Assembly (NCBI GenBank): GCA_965644295.1
Contig: CBFFRP010000574.1
Location: forward strand, 1 to 15,260
Source: Paraphysomonas bandaiensis
Lineage: Eukaryota; Protista; Chrysophyceae
Length of the DNA: 15,260 bases
Direction of reading: 5' to 3'
Each line of letters starts with the position of its first letter. Position 1 is the stretch's first letter. Under the pieces are notes generated by a model. That model was given only the letters and a program-made list of their open reading frames with translations. It was not told the origin of the DNA and did not search any database. The position numbers and the translations under genes are program-made. Positions 10,024 through 15,260 of the stretch are shown in pieces.

Positions 10024-10633
10024 TTTTGAACTATTTTTTGAAATGACTTATTATAAACTTATCTTTTTGTAGTATATTTTTAACTTTTTCAAACTACCAT
10101 ATATGAACTTCAATAATTGCTTTTTATTTTCATTTTTTGTATTATAATAATGTCAACTGAACTGAAATCTATTGAGTCTCCTTGAATACTATAGAATTAA
10201 AAATATACATCGTACGTATGTATACAGCTTAAACTTAATTATGAACGAACTTATACTAATTACCCAAAACTGACATTGTAAAATGAACTACCGTATATGA
10301 GCTTTATAAAAAATTTTCACATATTGTCATAACTACCTTATGAAATATTTGTAGATTTTTACTATTTTATGAACTACTATATGAACTACCTTTTCAACTT
10401 CCATATTCCACATATTTTTATGAACTACCTTATGAACTACCTTATGAACTTTTCTACAAAATGTTTACCGGTTTGCACATTTTTAACTACCTTATAAACT
10501 ACTTTATGAACTACCTTTTCAACTTTCACACTCTACACATTTTTTATGAACTACCTTTTGAACTACCTTTTGAACTTTTTTGCAGGACGTACTACCTTTT
10601 GAACTACCTTTTGAACTACCTTTTGAACTTCCT
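10024..10633 (-). repeat. Right subterminal array, inverted 12-bp motif (TTTTGAACTACC / TTATGAACTACC), increasingly dispersed and degenerate inward
   Basis: Many GAACTACC cores from ~10265 to 10630, weaker copies back to ~10024; inner boundary approximate. Confidence 0.88.
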
Positions 10634-10649
10634 TATTTCACTAGTGTCA
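10634..10649 (-). repeat. Right TIR (TATTTCACTAGTG) plus right TSD (TCA)
   Basis: Reverse complement of the left TIR followed by TCA. Confidence 0.96.
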
Positions 10650-11470
10650 GTATTCCAGTGTAGCAGTTGCAGTGTATACTTCCATAGGAATACGTACTGG
10701 CATTACCCATACTACCCTATAGGGGGGCAAGTACATATCACATCAAGGGAGAATGGATATTATATACTCGAGGTGCACGAGTGTTCATACCAGGCTCAGT
10801 GGGGAATCAATTGTGATATTATGCAATACCTGGTATGCAGGGTTGTATTTACGTATTAACCTGGATATTAGGGATTTTGGGTTCTTGAATGCTAAAATAC
10901 ACCAAAGTGGCGGTATACTGTTTTTGTATGGGTATTTAGGTAGAAAGTAAAACGTAGGATATGATGTACTATGAGTATGCGGTTGTACGTTGCTCCTTAG
11001 GTTGCTGTGTGTATTCAGTTTATAGAATAAACACGTTTCTGTGGGTAGTGATGACGTTGCAGGGTGTTGTGATGTTGTTGAGGAGTAGGAGTGGGTGTAA
11101 CATGTATGCTATGGTGTTATGCACTTGTTTAGGCTTAACCGAAGTGCTTGGTGCCAACGATCTTGTTGCACTGGCGGTGTTACCTGCGTGGTGATTTCTG
11201 GCGGAAATCATTAACTGGGCATTAGGTTATTGCTTAGAGCAGTCACAGCATTAATAATACATTGTTCTTACACTTGCGTGTTTGTGTGGTATACCTGTAC
11301 TGCGAGCCGTGATTTCGGTTTTCAAACCGGGTTACGTCACACGGTGATCGGTATGTGGAGTCGGAAAATGCGGCCTGCATTCTGCATTGCGGTGCGCGTG
11401 GATATGGGGCACTCAGCGTTCCGATGTTGGGCTGTGATCTCTCTGATGCCGCGCTGTGAGGTTGCTATTG

Positions 11471-13530
11471 TTACCGCCCCATCAGTGTGCGTGACAAAGG
11501 TGGGGGCGGCATGGGTAGTGTCTGCATGTGTGGTAGTGTCGTCGGGAAGATTGTGCGTGTGTTGCTTTTAGGCCGGACTTCAGGTGCCGGCATGTGCTCG
11601 TCGTGAATGGGTGTGTCGCATAGCCGATGTGGTCGGTGGTCTGGGTGACTGAGGCGTGCCGTGACTGCGCATGTTGTGAGGTCCGTAGCGTGTGGCTGTG
11701 TAGTCCACTGTGCTTGATGGAGGAATCGGGAGAGTGCCAACTGGGCACGTCGGTGCGCGTCTTCAAGTTTGGATTCGATGTCGGGTGTTCGTAGGAGGAA
11801 GTAATGTGTGTTAGTGGTAGCGACGTTGTGTGTGGGCTCGGTCATGGGGGTGTGGCTGTGGTGATTGAGTAGCATGACCCAGCCACTACAGAGGGAGCCT
11901 GAATTTCCGTCCCATAGTCGAATGTTGATACGAAGAAGGTGGAGCAGTGTTCTGAAATCAGTGATCTCCATGTGATGGTCTGCAGAAAGTACACATCGTT
12001 GAGGGGGCATGGTGGTTAGGGCCTTGTGCGCGGATTGGAGGATGTTGAGTAGGCGGTGCGTGTGTGCCTGTCCGGATGCAAGGCAGAGTCGTTGGAGATA
12101 TGTGATGAACTTATGCAGTTCTTTTGCATCATCAGCAGTTTGGAGGGTTTTTTTGGGATAGTCTCCTCCTGGCGAGGGGGAGTTGTGAAGTTGGTACGCG
12201 GTTGCAAGGGGGCCTAGGCCGCGCTCTATCGTGGCTCTGTAGTCAGCCTCCCAATCGAAGTTGGCGACTCGAATGTAGTTTGCATCGTCGTGTCTGATGT
12301 GGAATAGTCGATTCCAGTCAGTCGTGCCTGCCATGACGGTGTTGTGTACGTGGCAGAGCAGGTCTTCGCGTAGGGAGACTGCGACTCGGTTTGTGTTGTC
12401 GTATGATGCCCAGGCGTTGGCAAGTGAACTGGTGAACGGGGACGCACCTCGTCGGGCAGGCTGGGGTTGCGGTGTCAAGGGGGGTGTTGTCGCGCGTGGG
12501 GTTGCCCTGTCTTGCGTAAGAGGTGTTAGTTCCGGGGTGTTTTCTTGTGGGTTTTGATCTGTGGGTGGGAGTGTACGTGAATCGTTGGGGGTGAACCGGG
12601 CGGAGGGCTTGGACTGCGGGATGGGTGGAAAGTAGTCAGCTAGCGTCAAGCCGCGATTGCATCGCCTGGGGGTGTGTGCCGCAGTTTCTGGAGCTGTCAA
12701 GGTGGTGGTTGCATCGGCTTGGTGGGTTTTTCCTGGGGATGTGGGTTGTCGGGTCACAGTCGGGGGTTTGCGTGGTCGTCGCTTGGGCGGGCCATCGCTG
12801 CTGTCGTCGCTGCTGTAACCAGGCCCAAATTGTCGTGGTCTGGGTCGGTGTGGTTTCGCACCTCTTCGCGTCGGGGGATTGTCGTGTAGATGCTTGTGAG
12901 TGGGCGGGCCATCTCCGCTGCTGTCGGACGCGTATTCCGGTCCCTGCTGGGTTCGGGCAGGGTGAGTGCAGCCTGGGGTTGATGGAAGGGGTGGACAAGC
13001 CTATCAGCATATAGGTGTGGGAGGAGCTCCATGAGGCTGTGGAGTTCGTCTTCTGCGGGTTCCCTTAGGTCTAGGAAAAAATGCTGGTTGCAACAGAATA
13101 TGTCCTGTGGCGTCTTGCGCGAGGTGTCTGGAAAGAAGGTGCGATGATGATCCGCCCACGCAGCCCAATTGGGGTTGAGGAATGCGGGCTCTGTAGGGAG
13201 CGTTGGGTCCTGCCATATCCTGATGTGGAGACCGTGGGTTTCGGCCATAAGGATGATGGCATCCGTTTGGGCCCAGTATTGAGGTGGGAGACCTGTCTTT
13301 GTAGGCACGTCAGCGGAGAGCGCGATGCGGTATGCGTCAATTAATTCGTCCAGAGGTAGGCTATCACTGCCCTGTCTCCCACCTCTGCAATCGTTGAGTC
13401 CGGAAGGGATGCCATCACGGCTTGACTGTGGTTGAGTAGTTCTTGTAAGTAGTCGTTATCTGCAGGGTCGTCGGGATCAAGCAATGGTCCCTTAGTGGGT
13501 CGGGTTGGGTGCAGGGTAGAGTAGTCCGGG
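11471..13530 (-). pseudogene. 5'-truncated, frameshifted long ORF with two tandem OTU-like (papain-fold) repeats separated by a Pro/Thr-rich linker; probably mobile-element derived
   Basis: ORFs 13341-13544, 12754-13308 and 11471-12757 join by two frameshifts and share a strong C/A skew on the minus strand. Internal protein similarity: GLPPQYWAQTDAI..GLHIRIWQD..NQHFF vs VLSADHHMEITDF..RINIRLWDG..NTHYF. Coding origin is fairly secure; OTU identity is inference. Confidence 0.5.
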
Positions 13531-14943
13531 AGCATTGTCGTCAATTTGTAGGTTTTGATACGCTTACAGTTTCACCGCCGGACAAGTATGGACATTGTTG
13601 CATACATGTTGTCAAACAGATGCCTTCTCGTTTAATCGGTCTTTATCCAGCTAAGGATTACAAAGCGGTTGGAGTTGCACGTGCATTGTTCAGTTATTTT
13701 GTTACATATGGGATATCAGAAGTTATGATATCAGATCCTGGATCTAATATTACAGCAGAGGTTGTACAATTGCTTTTGAAATGGTTTGGTGTGCGTTTTC
13801 GAATGTCTGTAGTAGATCGACATGAATCAAATATGGTTGAGAGAACTCATCAAGAGACGCTAAGGTTTCTAAGTGCATTGGTGCATGATGAACGTTTACA
13901 GGATGTATGGGGAAATCCAGAATGTTACTTACTGATTCAGTTCATTCTTAATGATGAAGTTAGTAGTGAGACTGGTTTGTCGCCATTTGAGTTTAAATTT
14001 GGTGCTGCTGCTATGCCATACTTTAAATTAACGGATAATGTTAATGTGAGTAGCTCTATGGAGTATATATTGCCAAGTTTAATGAACATCTTGAGACGAT
14101 TCGTGAAATTGCAAATAAGGTTCAGCGTAAGATACAAAACAAGCGTAAATCTAAGACGCCAGTTGAGAACTTAACCCAATATCAACCGGGCCAACTTGCA
14201 TTATTCCAATTAAATCCAAAGCGCCACAAGCCTACGAAGTTATATCCTCGTTTTAAGGGACCTTATGAAGTGGTGTCAACTTTTAAAGCTGATGTTACAT
14301 GTGTTCATATTGTCATGCGTTTTGAAGTGGTATTGCACATGTCATGGCTTAAACCGTTTTTTGGAACACTTGATGATGCATATATCGTGTAGCCCAAATT
14401 GATTTCAACCAACATACAGTGCATTCTATCGTTGCTCATAGAGGAGATCCTGAAGTGCGTACTACAATGGATTTTCAAGTACAGTTTGAGGATGGTTCTT
14501 TGTTGTGGATAGCATGGTCCCTGGATATTTCCTCTACTTCACATTTCCAATTATACTGTGAACAACGACCATATCTTTTTCCGTTACTATTTACTGCTAC
14601 CATGGCTAAAGCTGAACGTACTCGTATGAAACGTATTCCTATTGAGGGAGTGTCTCCTGGTCAAACTATTTATGTAGATTTGCGTGCTTGGGGTGCCGAT
14701 TTTTATGATACACTAGACTTACCGAATTGTTATACGACTATTTATGTTGTGGAGTGTAACTATGTACGGTGGGCGGGTCGTCGTAAATTGCGTATTGATA
14801 TATATTGCCCTTTGTTTCAGTCTACATATGAATGGAGTGCCTATGACGTTCATTGCTACGGTCGAGTTACTACATTTGACTCTTCTATTATGGTGTTGGT
14901 CGATGCGGAGTTTTGCAAGAGATTTCCTGATATACTCTTGTAA
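13531..14943 (+). pseudogene. pol: Gypsy pol C-terminus: rve integrase core, GPY/F module and chromodomain-like region, with two +2 frameshifts
   Basis: VGFDT (Asp 13557), ISDPGSN (Asp 13734), ESNMVER (Glu 13839), ETGLSPFEFKFG. After the shift at ~14067: YQPGQL..KLYPRFKGPYEVV..LHMSWLKPFFG. After the shift at ~14384: VHSIVAHRGDP..MDFQVQFEDG..W. Stop at 14943. Confidence 0.9.
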
Positions 14944-15156
14944 ACAGGTTTTATTCTTCTATTTTGAAATCATATTTATAATATTCTTTTATTTCTATTA
15001 CAATACTACCTTGTCTCTCTAGTTTATTCTCAATCTAATATGTTTGAATCTGATTTTGTTTGCTTATACTTAGAATGACGCTATCTAGTATGGCCGATTT
15101 AGGTATTTGCATACATGAATCACAGTCTCTGTATTCACAATCTAATTTCTTCAGCT

Positions 15157-15174
15157 GGGGGGAAAAGAGGGTAG
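15157..15174 (+). other. Polypurine tract (PPT)
   Basis: GGGGGGAAAAGAGGGTAG about 210 bp downstream of the pol stop and directly before TGTCAC. Confidence 0.85.
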
Positions 15175-15260
15175 TGTCACGCAGTACTGGTTACTTATAC
15201 TGCGTTATTAGTAGTATGATATGTTACTCTTCTGTTGTACTCTCTAACACGTACAGAGTG
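15175..15260 (+). repeat. Start of the 3' LTR of the Gypsy element (runs off the window)
   Basis: TGTCACGCAG immediately after the PPT. Confidence 0.8.

Larger units (their letters stand above)
2170..10646 (+). mobile_element. Full-length CACTA (EnSpm/CMC) DNA transposon, 8477 bp
   Basis: Begins CACTAGTGAAATA and ends TATTTCACTAGTG (perfect 13-bp TIR). Flanked by TCA on both sides (2167-2169, 10647-10649), the 3-bp TSD typical of CACTA. Has subterminal repeat arrays and an internal TnpD-type transposase. Confidence 0.97.
13531..15260 (+). mobile_element. 3' portion of a Gypsy/Ty3 (chromovirus-like) LTR retrotransposon
   Basis: Integrase at the end of pol followed by GPY and chromo-like modules, 3' UTR, PPT and a TGT LTR start. 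The upstream pol is missing at an abrupt junction near 13530 (approximate). Confidence 0.9.

Noticed and set aside
10715-10724. Palindrome CCCTATAGGG as a Helitron hairpin or terminator
   Set aside because: Too short, and no properly spaced CTRR terminus was identified.
10461-10859. 132-aa ORF with YLLNYLLN repeats
   Set aside because: Translation of the subterminal repeats; it crosses the TIR/TSD boundary.
10753-13344. Plus-strand Val/Gly/Cys-rich ORFs
   Set aside because: They arise from the G/T skew opposite the minus-strand ORF; no motifs.
551-15260. One giant LTR element bounded by 551 and 15175
   Set aside because: Both LTR starts follow a PPT, so both are 3' LTRs, and their sequences diverge after 8 bp.

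Overview
Eukaryotic, intron-containing, transposon-dense DNA; no host housekeeping or RNA gene is recognisable. The centre is a complete, apparently young 8,477-bp CACTA (EnSpm/CMC) DNA transposon (2170-10646) with 13-bp TIRs CACTAGTGAAATA, an exact TCA target-site duplication and large arrays of a 12-bp subterminal motif. It carries two divergent genes that I could splice by hand with GT-AG introns and no frame break. One is a ~1056-aa TnpD-type transposase (7 exons) whose start is triplicated as a 162-bp repeat. The other is a ~678-aa, 11-exon cargo gene: possible coiled-coil/BEN-like N-terminus, NLS, Ulp2/SENP6-7-like SUMO protease with an intact His-Asp-Cys triad, and a PHD-like zinc finger. 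To the left is the 3' end of an LTR retrotransposon (PPT plus ~1.5-kb LTR). To the right are a frameshifted minus-strand ORF with two tandem OTU-like repeats and the 3' part of a Gypsy element (integrase, GPY, chromo-like domain, PPT, LTR start). The best candidate for a novel system is the CACTA-borne chromatin-targeted deSUMOylase with its cognate repeat motif, a possible anti-silencing module. All domain calls are by-eye motif recognition; no searches were run.
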